Origin: Candidatus Woesearchaeota archaeon
GTDB lineage: Archaea > Nanobdellota > Nanobdellia > Pacearchaeales > GW2011-AR1
Direction: 5' to 3'
Assembly: GCA_964509675.1 (NCBI GenBank)
Contig: CAZDXC010000002.1
Coordinates: 7,425 to 71,424, forward strand
Length of the DNA stretch: 64,000 nt
Shown: one piece after another, positions 9,218 to 19,024 of the stretch
How the letters are laid out: each line of letters begins with the position of its first letter
Numbering within the stretch: the first letter of the stretch is position 1
Position numbers and translations under genes: made by a program
Notes under the pieces: generated by a model
Told to the model about the DNA's origin: nothing
Seen by the model: only the letters and a program-made list of their open reading frames with translations
Databases searched by the model: none

Positions 9218-9924
9218 CACTAAAACTTATCCAGCAGGGAGCAGAGGCAAAGATTTTTTTAAATGAAAAAAGCAACATCATAACAAAAGACAGGATAAAA
9301 AAGTCTTATCGCATCAAAGAGATTGATGAAAGGATAAGAAAGCAGAGAACACGTTCAGAGAAAAAACTTCTTGAAAAAGCATCAAAGATAATCAATGCTC
9401 CTGATCCTTTTCCTCTGAAAGAATTTAGTAAAATAGAAATACCGTTTATTAACGGAAAAAAACTTTCAGAAAATCTCGATTCTTTTTCAATGGAAAAACA
9501 AAAAGAAATATGCAAAAATACAGGAAAAGAAATTGCAAAATTGCACGATGCAGACATAATTCATGGAGACTTAACAACCTCAAATATGATTTTGATTGAA
9601 AATTTACCTGCTCACAAAAGTTCGCAGATTAATGAATTAACTGATAATAAAAAAGGTGATGGAGGGGTGAATGGTGGAAAACTTAATTCAGGCAAATTCA
9701 AAATATTCTTTATTGATTTTGGACTTGGTTTCATAAGTCATAAAATTGAAGACAAGGCAGTTGATTTGCATTTGCTTAAACAAGCCTTAGAAGCCAAGCA
9801 CTTCAAAAACTGGAAGATATTATTTGAAGAAGTTTTAAAGGGTTATAAAAACTATAAAGAATCAAAAAAAGTTCTTGAAAGGCTTAAGGCAGTTGAAAAA
9901 AGAGGAAGATACAAAAAGCAATAG
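9214..9924 (+). CDS. bud32: KEOPS complex kinase Bud32, with an insertion of about 30 aa
   Basis: QGAEA, HGDLTTSN, IDFGLG, EDKAVDL and C-terminal RGRY. Confidence 0.95.
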   Translation: MTLKLIQQGAEAKIFLNEKSNIITKDRIKKSYRIKEIDERIRKQRTRSEKKLLEKASKIINAPDPFPLKEFSKIEIPFINGKKLSENLDSFSMEKQKEICKNTGKEIAKLHDADIIHGDLTTSNMILIENLPAHKSSQINELTDNKKGDGGVNGGKLNSGKFKIFFIDFGLGFISHKIEDKAVDLHLLKQALEAKHFKNWKILFEEVLKGYKNYKESKKVLERLKAVEKRGRYKKQ

Positions 9925-10028
9925 CCCCTCCAGGATTCGAACCTGGGTCACAGCCTTTCTATTATTTGACTTGATTAACAAATCTCCTAACCAAAGGGCT
10001 GTATACTTGACCGCTGTACTAAGGGGCT
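9922..10028 (-). tRNA. tRNA-Gln(TTG) with an intron of about 34 nt
   Basis: Reverse complement AGCCCCT...CAGCC-CT TTG G[intron]A-GGCTG...GGTTCGAATCC...AGGGGCT-A; relaxed BHB; the 3' end overlaps the bud32 stop codon. Confidence 0.88.
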
Positions 10029-10158
10029 GACATATTCGCATTTTTCGCCTTGCTGTAGATTTTGGATTTGCGAACTATAAAACTTACAGATAAATTTTAT
10101 TTATAAGCCTTTTTAATTGAGTAGTAAGATTTAAAAGACTAAACTGCGATTTACTAAA

Positions 10159-10506
10159 ATGCCAAAAAAAACAGAAGAAAAAAACAAGGAAGAAGCAAAA
10201 AAGAGCAAAAAAATATCCAAAGAAGAATTCAGAAAAAGAGTATTAGAACTATCAGAAAAAGGACTCACAGCAGAAAAAATAGGGGAAACTTTAAGAAAAG
10301 AAGGGATTCATTCTAAAGAATTCGGAGAAAAAATATCGAAAATACTTGGAAACAAATATATAAGTCCTGATGAAAAAAATATTTCAGAAAAACTTGAAAA
10401 AATAGAAAAACATCTCTCTAAAAACAAAAAAGACAAGAGAGCAATGAGAGACAAAGGAAAAATATTTGCCAGATTAAGAAGATTGAGAAAGTATCTTAAC
10501 AAATAA
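10159..10506 (+). CDS. rps15: 30S ribosomal protein S15 (uS15)
   Basis: G...EKIG..LR, ISKIL, KHL.KNKKD and RLRRL.KY. Confidence 0.88.
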   Translation: MPKKTEEKNKEEAKKSKKISKEEFRKRVLELSEKGLTAEKIGETLRKEGIHSKEFGEKISKILGNKYISPDEKNISEKLEKIEKHLSKNKKDKRAMRDKGKIFARLRRLRKYLNK

Positions 10507-10523
10507 ACTTTTTTTAAAAGAGG

Positions 10524-11864
10524 ATGGAAAAAAAATTAAATAAAAACTTAGAATCAGAAATTAAATCAGTTGCAGATAAGTTTTTGGAACTCATCGCTGA
10601 CAGAGAAATATTAATAGTAAGTCATTTTGACACAGACGGAATAACTTCTGCGACAATTCTCATACAAACATTAAGGAAGATTGACAAAAAATTTTCTGTA
10701 AAAATTGTAAAAAGACTCGAAAAGGAAATAATTTTTGATTTGCCGAAAAATAAAGTAATAGTCTTTCTTGATTTAGCCTCAGGAAGTCTGAATCATCTTT
10801 CTAAAATAAATTCAGAAAATATTTTTATAATAGATCATCATGAAATTTTTCAGGAAATTCCAGATGGAATAAAAATAATAAATCCCCACCTTAACGGAAA
10901 AGAAGAGATAAGCAGTTCAAGTCTTGTATATCTTTTTTGCAAGCAACTGAATGGAGAAGGCAAGGAATTGGCAAAGCTGGCTATTCTTGGAATGATTGGA
11001 GATTCTATGGAAAAAAGCATAGATAAACTAAACAATTTGATAATAAATGACGGAGAAGTCAACAGAAAAAGGGGGCTTCTAATATATCCTTCAACCCGCC
11101 CGTTAAACAGAACACTTGAATATTGCTCAGACCCATACATTCCTGGAGTGACGGGCAATTCCAGGGGGGTAACTGAATTGCTAAGGGAGGTAGGGCTTAC
11201 TCCTTCCAATGGAAAATACAAAAGTCTCATAGAGTTAGATGATGAAGAAATGTCCAAGTTAGTTACTGCAATAATTCTTAAAAATCCAAAGGTAAAAAAC
11301 AAAGAAGTGATTGGGGATATCTTCCTGATAAAGTTTTTTAATAAACTGGAAGATGCAAGAGAATTAAGCGCAATAATCAATGCCTGTTCAAGACTGGGAG
11401 AGAGTGAAACTGCCTTGCAATTTTGCATGGAATCATTAAAAGCAAAAAAAAGAGCAGAACTCCTTCATACAAAATATAAGCAATTTATAATTTCCGGATT
11501 AAAATTTGTTTCTGAATCTGAAAAAATAGAGGGAAATGGTTTTGTCATAATAAATGCAAAAGAAAAGATAAAAGACACTATGATAGGAACAATAGCAAGC
11601 ATACTTTCAAATTCTTCCCTCTACGAAGAAGGAACAATAATAACAACAATGGCTTATTATGAAGACAAGATAAAAGTATCCGCCAGAAGCGTTGGGAAAA
11701 ATGGAAAAAATATAAGAAAAATTTTAACTTCAACAATAGAAAAAATAGGAGGAGAAGTCGGAGGGCATGAATTCGCTGCTGGCTGCATGTTAAAACAGGA
11801 AAAAGAAAAAGAGTTCCTGGATTGTCTGAAAAAGAATCTGGAAATTGAATTAGTAAAGATTTAA
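10524..11864 (+). CDS. DHH-family RecJ/GAN-like exonuclease
   Basis: SHFDTDG, IIDHH, G.IGD, INAC.R and GGH..AAG; located after rps15 as in many archaea. Confidence 0.92.
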   Translation: MEKKLNKNLESEIKSVADKFLELIADREILIVSHFDTDGITSATILIQTLRKIDKKFSVKIVKRLEKEIIFDLPKNKVIVFLDLASGSLNHLSKINSENIFIIDHHEIFQEIPDGIKIINPHLNGKEEISSSSLVYLFCKQLNGEGKELAKLAILGMIGDSMEKSIDKLNNLIINDGEVNRKRGLLIYPSTRPLNRTLEYCSDPYIPGVTGNSRGVTELLREVGLTPSNGKYKSLIELDDEEMSKLVTAIILKNPKVKNKEVIGDIFLIKFFNKLEDARELSAIINACSRLGESETALQFCMESLKAKKRAELLHTKYKQFIISGLKFVSESEKIEGNGFVIINAKEKIKDTMIGTIASILSNSSLYEEGTIITTMAYYEDKIKVSARSVGKNGKNIRKILTSTIEKIGGEVGGHEFAAGCMLKQEKEKEFLDCLKKNLEIELVKI

Positions 11865-12009
11865 AATTAATAATAAAAATCCCTTGATATTTTCTGTTTA
11901 TGTAATATTTAAAAACCCATTCCTTTTTCTTAAAATATAGAAAGCCATTACGCATAGCGATTGCGCATACGCGTTACGAGGCATAACAACACTTCGCGAG
12001 GCACTAAAA

Positions 12010-12711
12010 ATGGAATTAGAAGTTGGAGATATAGTATTATGCACAGTGGAAAGAATTGTAGGTACAGTTGTATTTGTAAAAATAGATGGGAATGGGGAAG
12101 GAAGTATAGTAACAAGTGAAATTGCTCCTGGAAGAATCCGTAATCTGAGGGATTATGTTGTTCCAAAAAAAAGGATAGTTTGCAAAATTTTAAGAATAAG
12201 CTTTCAGGGAAATATAGAATTGTCATTGAGAAGAGTAACTCAAAAAGAAAGGAAAGAAGCGCTTGAACAAGACAAACAAGAAAAGAGTTATATCAAAATA
12301 TTAAAAAGCATTTTAGGTGAAAAGGCCGAGAAATTAATAAAAGAAATTTCTTCTCATGAAAGAATATTCTCTTTTTTAGAAGAAGCAAAAACAAACCCTG
12401 AAAAATTAGAAAAAATAATCGGAAAAGAAAATTCCAAAAAAATTCTGGAAATATTAAGTATGCAGAAAAAAAAGAAAGCAATATTAAAAAAAGAAATCCA
12501 TATAATAACAACCAAGCCAAACGGAATAACACTAATAAAAAAAATTTTGGATTTTTTTAAGGGAGTAAATATAAAATATATTTCTGCAGGAAGATATAGT
12601 CTGGAATTAGAATCAGAAGATCTTAAAACTGCAGATAAAAAAATAAAAGACATGATAGAAAATGCAGAAAAAAATTCAAGAAAATTGGGTGTGGAATTAA
12701 GTGTCAAATAA
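12010..12711 (+). CDS. Translation initiation factor aIF2 alpha subunit
   Basis: S1 domain SEIAPGRIRNLRDYV...IELSLRRV and YISAGRY. Confidence 0.9.
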   Translation: MELEVGDIVLCTVERIVGTVVFVKIDGNGEGSIVTSEIAPGRIRNLRDYVVPKKRIVCKILRISFQGNIELSLRRVTQKERKEALEQDKQEKSYIKILKSILGEKAEKLIKEISSHERIFSFLEEAKTNPEKLEKIIGKENSKKILEILSMQKKKKAILKKEIHIITTKPNGITLIKKILDFFKGVNIKYISAGRYSLELESEDLKTADKKIKDMIENAEKNSRKLGVELSVK

Positions 12712-13921
12712 GAGTAGATTGTTTTTCTCCAATAATGGCTTTTCCATATTCACCATCAAAACCCGGCTTTACTTTTATTTTTCCTTCCCTGTTTCTTAAT
12801 ATTAACTCAATTATTTTACTATCTATATTTTTTTTGATAAATTCTTCTTTTGACATATTTAATAAAATTTCAAATTCATTTTTAAAGTCACTTATAAGAG
12901 AATTGTAAATATTCCAGACTGCCTTGCTCTGCATTTGGCTTCCCAAAGCCAATGCAAGAATTTCATGAAGCGGGAGAAGTTCATAAAAAACTTTTGCATC
13001 CTTTGTCTTAAACCCCTTGGGAAAAGAAGAAATTTTCTCAACTCTGTTGTCAACTCCTATTGTTAATGGCTTTTTACATACAGGACAAATCCCATTAAGT
13101 TTTTTACTCTCTTCAGGACTGCAGGAAAAATTACAATTTCTGTGTCCGTCATAATGATATTTTCCATAAGCGGGGTCTGTTTCTATTGTTGCTATAAATT
13201 CTTTATTCCTGATCTGCCTAATCAAATCTGAATAAGAATCAGTTTTTTTGAATATGGTTGCTTCTCTTCCAAGTCTAAAAGGCCAAAAACTGTGGCTGTC
13301 AGAAAAACTTACTATTGCCTTATCTTCTAATTCTTGGATTCTCCAGTTCATTTCAGGATCAGAAGACATTCCGGTTTCAATTGCATGTATATTTTCATTT
13401 TGTTCTCCAAAACATTCCTTCAGGCTGTCAAATCCAGACATGCTTCCGAACACACCAAACCATGGCGTCCATATATGTGCGGGAATGATTTCTATCTCAG
13501 AAGAAATATTCATCATTTCTTTGGCAAATTGCTCTGCACTGAGATTAAAAATAGGCCTGCCATCATAATCTCTTCTTCCTTTTGTATCAAGATAAGAGTT
13601 TATTTTGTCTGCAATTTCCAAATTCGGAACCAATATTAAAAGATGGATTCTTCTTCCTCGTCCTTGGGTATAAATAAGAGAGATTTCTCCTGTTATAACA
13701 AAAGAAAAATCATTGTAATAATAAAAGCCATTTTTTTCTTCTAGTTTTTCTTTTATTTCCTTAAGCCATAGGGGATGCGTAAAATCACCTGTCCCTAACA
13801 AGTCAAGCCCCTTAATCCTTCCCCATTTAACCAAATTCTCAAAATTTATATTACTGCTGCATGCTCTTGAAAATCTGGAATGAATATGCAAATCAGCAAT
13901 CATCCAATCACTATCCATCAA
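12704..13921 (-). CDS. Endonuclease Q-like PHP-domain protein
   Basis: DLHIHSRFS, GTGDFTHP, PAHIWTPW, ETG.SSD, SDSHS, LGRE, GKYH and a Zn finger. Confidence 0.9.
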   Translation of the reverse strand: MMDSDWMIADLHIHSRFSRACSSNINFENLVKWGRIKGLDLLGTGDFTHPLWLKEIKEKLEEKNGFYYYNDFSFVITGEISLIYTQGRGRRIHLLILVPNLEIADKINSYLDTKGRRDYDGRPIFNLSAEQFAKEMMNISSEIEIIPAHIWTPWFGVFGSMSGFDSLKECFGEQNENIHAIETGMSSDPEMNWRIQELEDKAIVSFSDSHSFWPFRLGREATIFKKTDSYSDLIRQIRNKEFIATIETDPAYGKYHYDGHRNCNFSCSPEESKKLNGICPVCKKPLTIGVDNRVEKISSFPKGFKTKDAKVFYELLPLHEILALALGSQMQSKAVWNIYNSLISDFKNEFEILLNMSKEEFIKKNIDSKIIELILRNREGKIKVKPGFDGEYGKAIIGEKQSTLI

Positions 13922-13952
13922 AATTTAGAAAGAGCAAGGTATTAAAATCTTT

Positions 13953-15500
13953 TTATTTTTTTCTTCTTTTACTTAAAATAACTGCGCCTACAACAATAGC
14001 TACTAGAATAATTATTCCTGCTAATCCCCACCACATTAAATTTTTCTCTGTTTTTCCAGAAGGAAGAGGAGTTTCAGACACTGCTGCTGTTTTTTCTGCA
14101 ATTGTAAAATAACTAAAACCAGTTAACTCAGTATCATAATAGTAATATTTGCTGTCTTCATCTTTAAATTGGGTATTAAGTTCATTCCATTTCTGTGTTG
14201 TTTCATCAAATCTGAATAATGCTATATCACTCTTATTAAACCCATTATCAGACAGCCAAGATTTTTCAACTTGTATCTCTAATGTTGCTTTCTCTAATTT
14301 ATTTCCAAGGTTTTCTTCTTTTATTTGAAAATATTTATTAACCTTTCCTGATTTTGCAACAGAAACTCCTGCTGGCTTTGATTGGTATTTAGTCACAGTT
14401 ATTTTAACATTTTGTGCTTCATTGTTAACTGTTATCTGAATTTGTTTTACCCCTATGTCTGTATTGAAATCTTTCATTATTACTGTTGCTCCCGAAGTTA
14501 TTTTTTCCCATGAATTGATTTTTTTCATTATATTTACAGAAGTTTCATTGACTATAATACTACTAACAATAGGGTTCACGACATAAGTAGCACTTGCATT
14601 TCCTGTATTTCCTGCAGTATCTGTAAAATAACAATAAACAGTCTGAGTCCCTGTGGATGAAACAGGAGGATTTCCTGTATATGAATAAGTGGTTAAAGCA
14701 GAGTTTATGCTTGAAAGTGCATCACTTGGAGTACAGGTACATGTGACAGTTCCTGAAGCTGTTATGGGGCTTGGAGAACAGGAAAATGCAGCAGTAGGAG
14801 CAGTTCTGTCAATTATCATCTGAATCTGTTCAGAATTATTTAAATTATTTAAGGTATCATTAGCATAAACACTAACATTATATCTTCCTTCTGTAAATCC
14901 AGCACCAATTATCGTTACATTATAGTAACCTCCCCCAGAAGTAGAAGCCTTTGTATAATTCCCTGCCACCACAGTCCCGTTAGGATATGTCACATTAAAA
15001 TAAACAGAATCTATTCCAATTCCGCCATCGCTTACACTAATATTCAAATTAAAAGTTCCTGAATTGTTAAAATTTCCTGCTGTTGAAACAGTTGGGGGGG
15101 TTGAATCAAACAATACATTCTGAGTTATTGTAGAAGCTCCTGATCCAAAATCTGTAGTATTTGAAATTGTCGCATTAATGCTGTATCTTCCATCTATTAA
15201 TGTAGATATATCCAAAGTTGCATTACAAGAACTAATAAAAGTAATATTATTATTCTTGCAAACTAATGTACTGCCAATCAAAGTCCAACTTCCACTAATA
15301 TTATAATAAAATGATGCGTTAACTGCATCTGTAATATCTGTCGCATTAACATAACTAACATTAAAAACAGCAGTTCCTGTATGATTAGTATTGCTTGCAG
15401 GAGCAACAACAGTTATTGCAGCATTTGCAAAATTAGTTACTTCTATAAACAAAATTAAAAAAAGGATTAATACAAAATATCTACTAAACCCCTTTTTCAT
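13953..15500 (-). CDS. Surface glycoprotein with Ig-like repeats, a PGF-pre-PGF domain and a C-terminal membrane anchor
   Basis: Signal peptide, many N-x-S/T sequons, DSTPP/DRTAP, TGFSYF.I, TM helix followed by KRRKK. Confidence 0.85.
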   Translation of the reverse strand: MKKGFSRYFVLILFLILFIEVTNFANAAITVVAPASNTNHTGTAVFNVSYVNATDITDAVNASFYYNISGSWTLIGSTLVCKNNNITFISSCNATLDISTLIDGRYSINATISNTTDFGSGASTITQNVLFDSTPPTVSTAGNFNNSGTFNLNISVSDGGIGIDSVYFNVTYPNGTVVAGNYTKASTSGGGYYNVTIIGAGFTEGRYNVSVYANDTLNNLNNSEQIQMIIDRTAPTAAFSCSPSPITASGTVTCTCTPSDALSSINSALTTYSYTGNPPVSSTGTQTVYCYFTDTAGNTGNASATYVVNPIVSSIIVNETSVNIMKKINSWEKITSGATVIMKDFNTDIGVKQIQITVNNEAQNVKITVTKYQSKPAGVSVAKSGKVNKYFQIKEENLGNKLEKATLEIQVEKSWLSDNGFNKSDIALFRFDETTQKWNELNTQFKDEDSKYYYYDTELTGFSYFTIAEKTAAVSETPLPSGKTEKNLMWWGLAGIIILVAIVVGAVILSKRRKK

Positions 15501-15605
15501 AGTAACCTCCTTTTCTCATATTAATTCCTATAGGATATATTTATCTACAAGGTTTATAAATGTTTTTTTTTAGAATTTTTGAATTTGAACTTTCTTTTTC
15601 AATCA

Positions 15606-16598
15606 TTATTCATCAATAATTCCTTTTTCTGTAACAAAAAAAATTGTTTCATTGTCAGGCAAATCAGGACTATCTATGAGTTTTGCCACTCTTGAATCTT
15701 TTTTTCCTCTTCTTAAATAAATCCTGTATGTAGAAGCATGTCCTACAATATGTCCGCCTATAGCGGTTGTCGGATCCCCGAACATTTGTGCAGGATTTGC
15801 CATAACTTGGTTAGTTACGTATATTGCAAGATTGTATTGCTCTGCCAATTTCATTAAGTTATGCAAATACTTGTTTAATTTCTGTTGTCTGTCTGCTAAT
15901 TGCCCTCTTCCAGAAAATTCTGCCCTGAAATGTGCTGTCAGAGAATCAATAATCATAAGCTTGATTGGCTCTCCATTTTTTATCATTTCTGAAACTTTGT
16001 CTAAGAGCAAAATTTGGTGGTCTGAATTAAATGCTCTTGCAACAAAAATATTCTTCAAAACTTTTTCTGGATTTGCTCCTACCCCTTCAGCAATCTGTTT
16101 TATTCTTGAAGGCCGGAAAGTTCCTTCTGTATCAATAAAAACGCATTTGCCATTTGTTCCTCCTCTTTCAAAAGGCAATTGTGCATTTACTGCAAACATT
16201 AATCCCAATTGAGTTTTCCCGCTTCCATATGCTCCAAATGCTTCTGTAACTGCCCTGCTTTGTATTCCTCTCCCGCCAAGAAGCGCATCAAAACTTTTGC
16301 TTCCTGTTGTAATATAACCTATATTTGCTCTTCTTTCAGCAAATTCCATTCCATCAACAAATCCTATATCAAGCATTTTTCTTGCAGCCTGAATTACTTT
16401 TCTTGCAACAGCTGCTCCAACTCCTGCAACTTCTCCCAAATTACTCGGGCTCATCACAGCCAAGGACATTAAATCATAAATCCCGGCAGCCTCTAATTTA
16501 GAAGCGACTGCAGGCCCAATTCCAGGAAGATCAGTCAATTGCGGCTCTTTATTTTCATCTTTTTTAATCTCTTCATCCTCTGTTCTCTTTACAGCCAT
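15606..16598 (-). CDS. radA: DNA repair and recombination protein RadA
   Basis: N-terminal HhH, GAYGSGKTQ, IDTEGTFRP, DSLTAHFRAE and GGHIVGHAS. Confidence 0.97.
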   Translation of the reverse strand: MAVKRTEDEEIKKDENKEPQLTDLPGIGPAVASKLEAAGIYDLMSLAVMSPSNLGEVAGVGAAVARKVIQAARKMLDIGFVDGMEFAERRANIGYITTGSKSFDALLGGRGIQSRAVTEAFGAYGSGKTQLGLMFAVNAQLPFERGGTNGKCVFIDTEGTFRPSRIKQIAEGVGANPEKVLKNIFVARAFNSDHQILLLDKVSEMIKNGEPIKLMIIDSLTAHFRAEFSGRGQLADRQQKLNKYLHNLMKLAEQYNLAIYVTNQVMANPAQMFGDPTTAIGGHIVGHASTYRIYLRRGKKDSRVAKLIDSPDLPDNETIFFVTEKGIIDE

Positions 16599-16649
16599 AT
16601 AAAAACAATTTATAACTACTTTATAAAGATTATTTGGCACAGATATATC

Positions 16650-17108
16650 TTACAAAGCAGCATAAATTCTGTTAAAAACAAGAAACAAATCTGTTAAAAA
16701 AAATACGCCAAAAAGAAAATTTTCAACTATCCCTCCTGTCTTTATTTTGCCTTTTATTCTAAATTTTAGAGGATAAAAAGGCATTATTCCCTGCAAAGTA
16801 AGAGAATCCAGCAACAAATGTAAAGAGTAACCAAAAATAAAGGGGATCCATACTTCTTTAAAAGACAAAAAAATTAAAAGAGTGATAATTGCAAGAAATC
16901 CAAAACTGTGAGTTATGCCTCTGTGCTTGATAAAAAAATTAAAAATTCTTGATAATCTGTAATGCCCTATTTTTGAAAATCTATTATCTATATCTGGAAT
17001 TAGCATTGCAAGAAAAACAACAGGAAGAAAAATCAATGGATTTTGGATATATTTAAAAAAAATTAAAATGAAAAAGGCAGTTATTATAAAATGTGTTCTT
17101 AGAAACAT
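16650..17108 (-). CDS. Membrane-bound metal-dependent hydrolase (YdjM/DUF457-like)
   Basis: TH, PDID, HRGITHS and HLLLDSLT..G. Confidence 0.88.
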   Translation of the reverse strand: MFLRTHFIITAFFILIFFKYIQNPLIFLPVVFLAMLIPDIDNRFSKIGHYRLSRIFNFFIKHRGITHSFGFLAIITLLIFLSFKEVWIPFIFGYSLHLLLDSLTLQGIMPFYPLKFRIKGKIKTGGIVENFLFGVFFLTDLFLVFNRIYAAL

Positions 17109-17109
17109 C

Positions 17110-18054
17110 CTAATTTTCTAATTCCTTAATTAATAAGTCAGGATTTATATCTTCCACTTTTTCTATGATAAATTCGGGGGTATTGAAAATTTTATTATTC
17201 CTGATAACCCCATAGAATAGCATTTCTTTTCCCAAAAGTTTTTCTCTCTGAGAAATCAATTCTTCCTTGTTCTCTAAATCAACCAACCCGACACTAGCAA
17301 GATTATCATGAAATAGGACCGTTCTTATTGTTTCTGTCCCGTCATCGATAATTAAATTTATCAAAGCCCTTTTCTCTGCAGCAACTTTGCCATGTTCAGA
17401 GCAGACAAAGGAATTATCTTCCTGAATTGCCTTTTTTCTGCATTCAGGGCAAACATAAAAAAATCTTGGTTCAAAAGACTGAACAATAAATGCTCTTATT
17501 CTTACATTATCCGAATTTTTCAGTTCAGAAATATTTTTCTCTCTGAAAATTCTTTCAACTTTCAAATTATCAATGGATTCATCGGTTATTTTTATTTCTG
17601 AGAAACTTCCAAGATGAAGTTCATTATCTCTCATGCTTGCATTTGAAATTTCAACCACAATGCCTTCAGCAATTTTCCCGTTTTCAATAAGGGATATATG
17701 GTTCGTATCCCAAAGAACAACCTTTACATTAGAAGTATCATCTGCAATAAACAAATTTGCTACTTTTCCATCATCCCCTTTCTTTGTTTTAAAGGTTCGG
17801 GGAGGAAATACATTTATTATTTTTCCGAGAGTATTGACTTTTCTCATCCCAGGAAGAAGTTCTTCTATCTTTAATATTTCATTATCAAAAGAAATTCCAA
17901 GTTCTGCAGCGATTACCTGCGCTGCCCCCTCCTTGCTGATAAGTCCGGAAAGTTTTGCTCTTTTAGCCTCAATTCTCCTCTCGATTTCTTCCTTTTCTAA
18001 ATTAGATAACTTAGAAATTTTTTCTATTATTCTTTCATAATTCCCAAGAGGCAT
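17110..18054 (-). CDS. RPA-like OB-fold ssDNA-binding protein with Zn finger
   Basis: LSGLIS.EGAA.VIA.ELG N-terminus, two OB folds (DDT..V.VVLW; DDGT..IR) and CPEC..C..H. Confidence 0.85.
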   Translation of the reverse strand: MPLGNYERIIEKISKLSNLEKEEIERRIEAKRAKLSGLISKEGAAQVIAAELGISFDNEILKIEELLPGMRKVNTLGKIINVFPPRTFKTKKGDDGKVANLFIADDTSNVKVVLWDTNHISLIENGKIAEGIVVEISNASMRDNELHLGSFSEIKITDESIDNLKVERIFREKNISELKNSDNVRIRAFIVQSFEPRFFYVCPECRKKAIQEDNSFVCSEHGKVAAEKRALINLIIDDGTETIRTVLFHDNLASVGLVDLENKEELISQREKLLGKEMLFYGVIRNNKIFNTPEFIIEKVEDINPDLLIKELEN

Positions 18055-18138
18055 TTATTCAAAAAGAAGTGTGCATTTTTAAGTATTTTGCGGATAAAGA
18101 ACAGAAACCATTATAAATAAGGCATCTTAAATTAAAAT

Positions 18139-18411
18139 ATGGGAACCGCAGCAGTGAAAATTAGAATTTTGCCTACTTCTCCAGAAGCAGATTTAGAAAA
18201 ATTAAAAGAAGCAATAAAAAATCTTATTGAAAAAAATGGGGGGAAAAATTGCAGTTTTGAAGAAGAACCGATTGCTTTTGGTTTAAAGGCGATAATTATC
18301 CTTTTTGCATGGCCTGAAGAATCAGAATTAGAAGAATTAGAAAACTCTCTCAATAAATTAGAGGAAGTCAGTTCTCTGCAAGTAATAGATATGAGACGGG
18401 CTTTTGGTTGA
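18139..18411 (+). CDS. ef1b: Elongation factor 1-beta
   Basis: ILP.SPEADL and EEPIAFGLKA. Confidence 0.93.
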   Translation: MGTAAVKIRILPTSPEADLEKLKEAIKNLIEKNGGKNCSFEEEPIAFGLKAIIILFAWPEESELEELENSLNKLEEVSSLQVIDMRRAFG

Positions 18412-18412
18412 A

Positions 18413-19024
18413 ATGCTTTCGGAAGAAGAAACTAAAGAAATAAAGAATAAAATCATTTCTCATATAGAATCTACTTTTCCTGCAGAACAAATGCCTCAAG
18501 CTAAGCAACAAATTGAATCAATGAATTCAGAAGAATTAGAAAATTTTCTGGAAAAGAACAGGATAATAAAAACTGAAAATTCAAATGCAGGAAATGAATG
18601 TGTCTTTTGTTCAATTGTTTCTGGAAAAATTAACTCTGTAAAGTTAGATGAGGATGAAAATGCGATAGCTATTTTAGAAATAAATCCGATATCCAAGGGA
18701 CATACAATCATAATCCCAAAAGAACATGAGGATAATTTAAAAAAAGCATTGCCTCTTGCAAAAAAAATTTCTAAAAAATTAAAAAAGAAATTCTCTCCAA
18801 AGGATATAGAAATTTCAAAATCAAAATTATTCGGACATGAGATAATAAATATAATTCCTGTTTACAATAGCGAGAACATCAATTCAAAAAGAACTCCTGC
18901 AAAAATAGAAGAACTTGAACAAATAAAAGAAGAATTAGAAAAAGAAAAAAAGCCAGAAAAAATCAGGAAACCCAAAAGAGAAAAAATCAGGAAATTTTTC
19001 TGGTTACCAAAGAGGATTCCATAA
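18413..19024 (+). CDS. HIT-family protein with a degenerate histidine triad
   Basis: CVFCSIV.G and LEINPIS.GHTIIIPK.H; the C-terminal triad reads GHEIINIIP. Confidence 0.8.
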   Translation: MLSEEETKEIKNKIISHIESTFPAEQMPQAKQQIESMNSEELENFLEKNRIIKTENSNAGNECVFCSIVSGKINSVKLDEDENAIAILEINPISKGHTIIIPKEHEDNLKKALPLAKKISKKLKKKFSPKDIEISKSKLFGHEIINIIPVYNSENINSKRTPAKIEELEQIKEELEKEKKPEKIRKPKREKIRKFFWLPKRIP

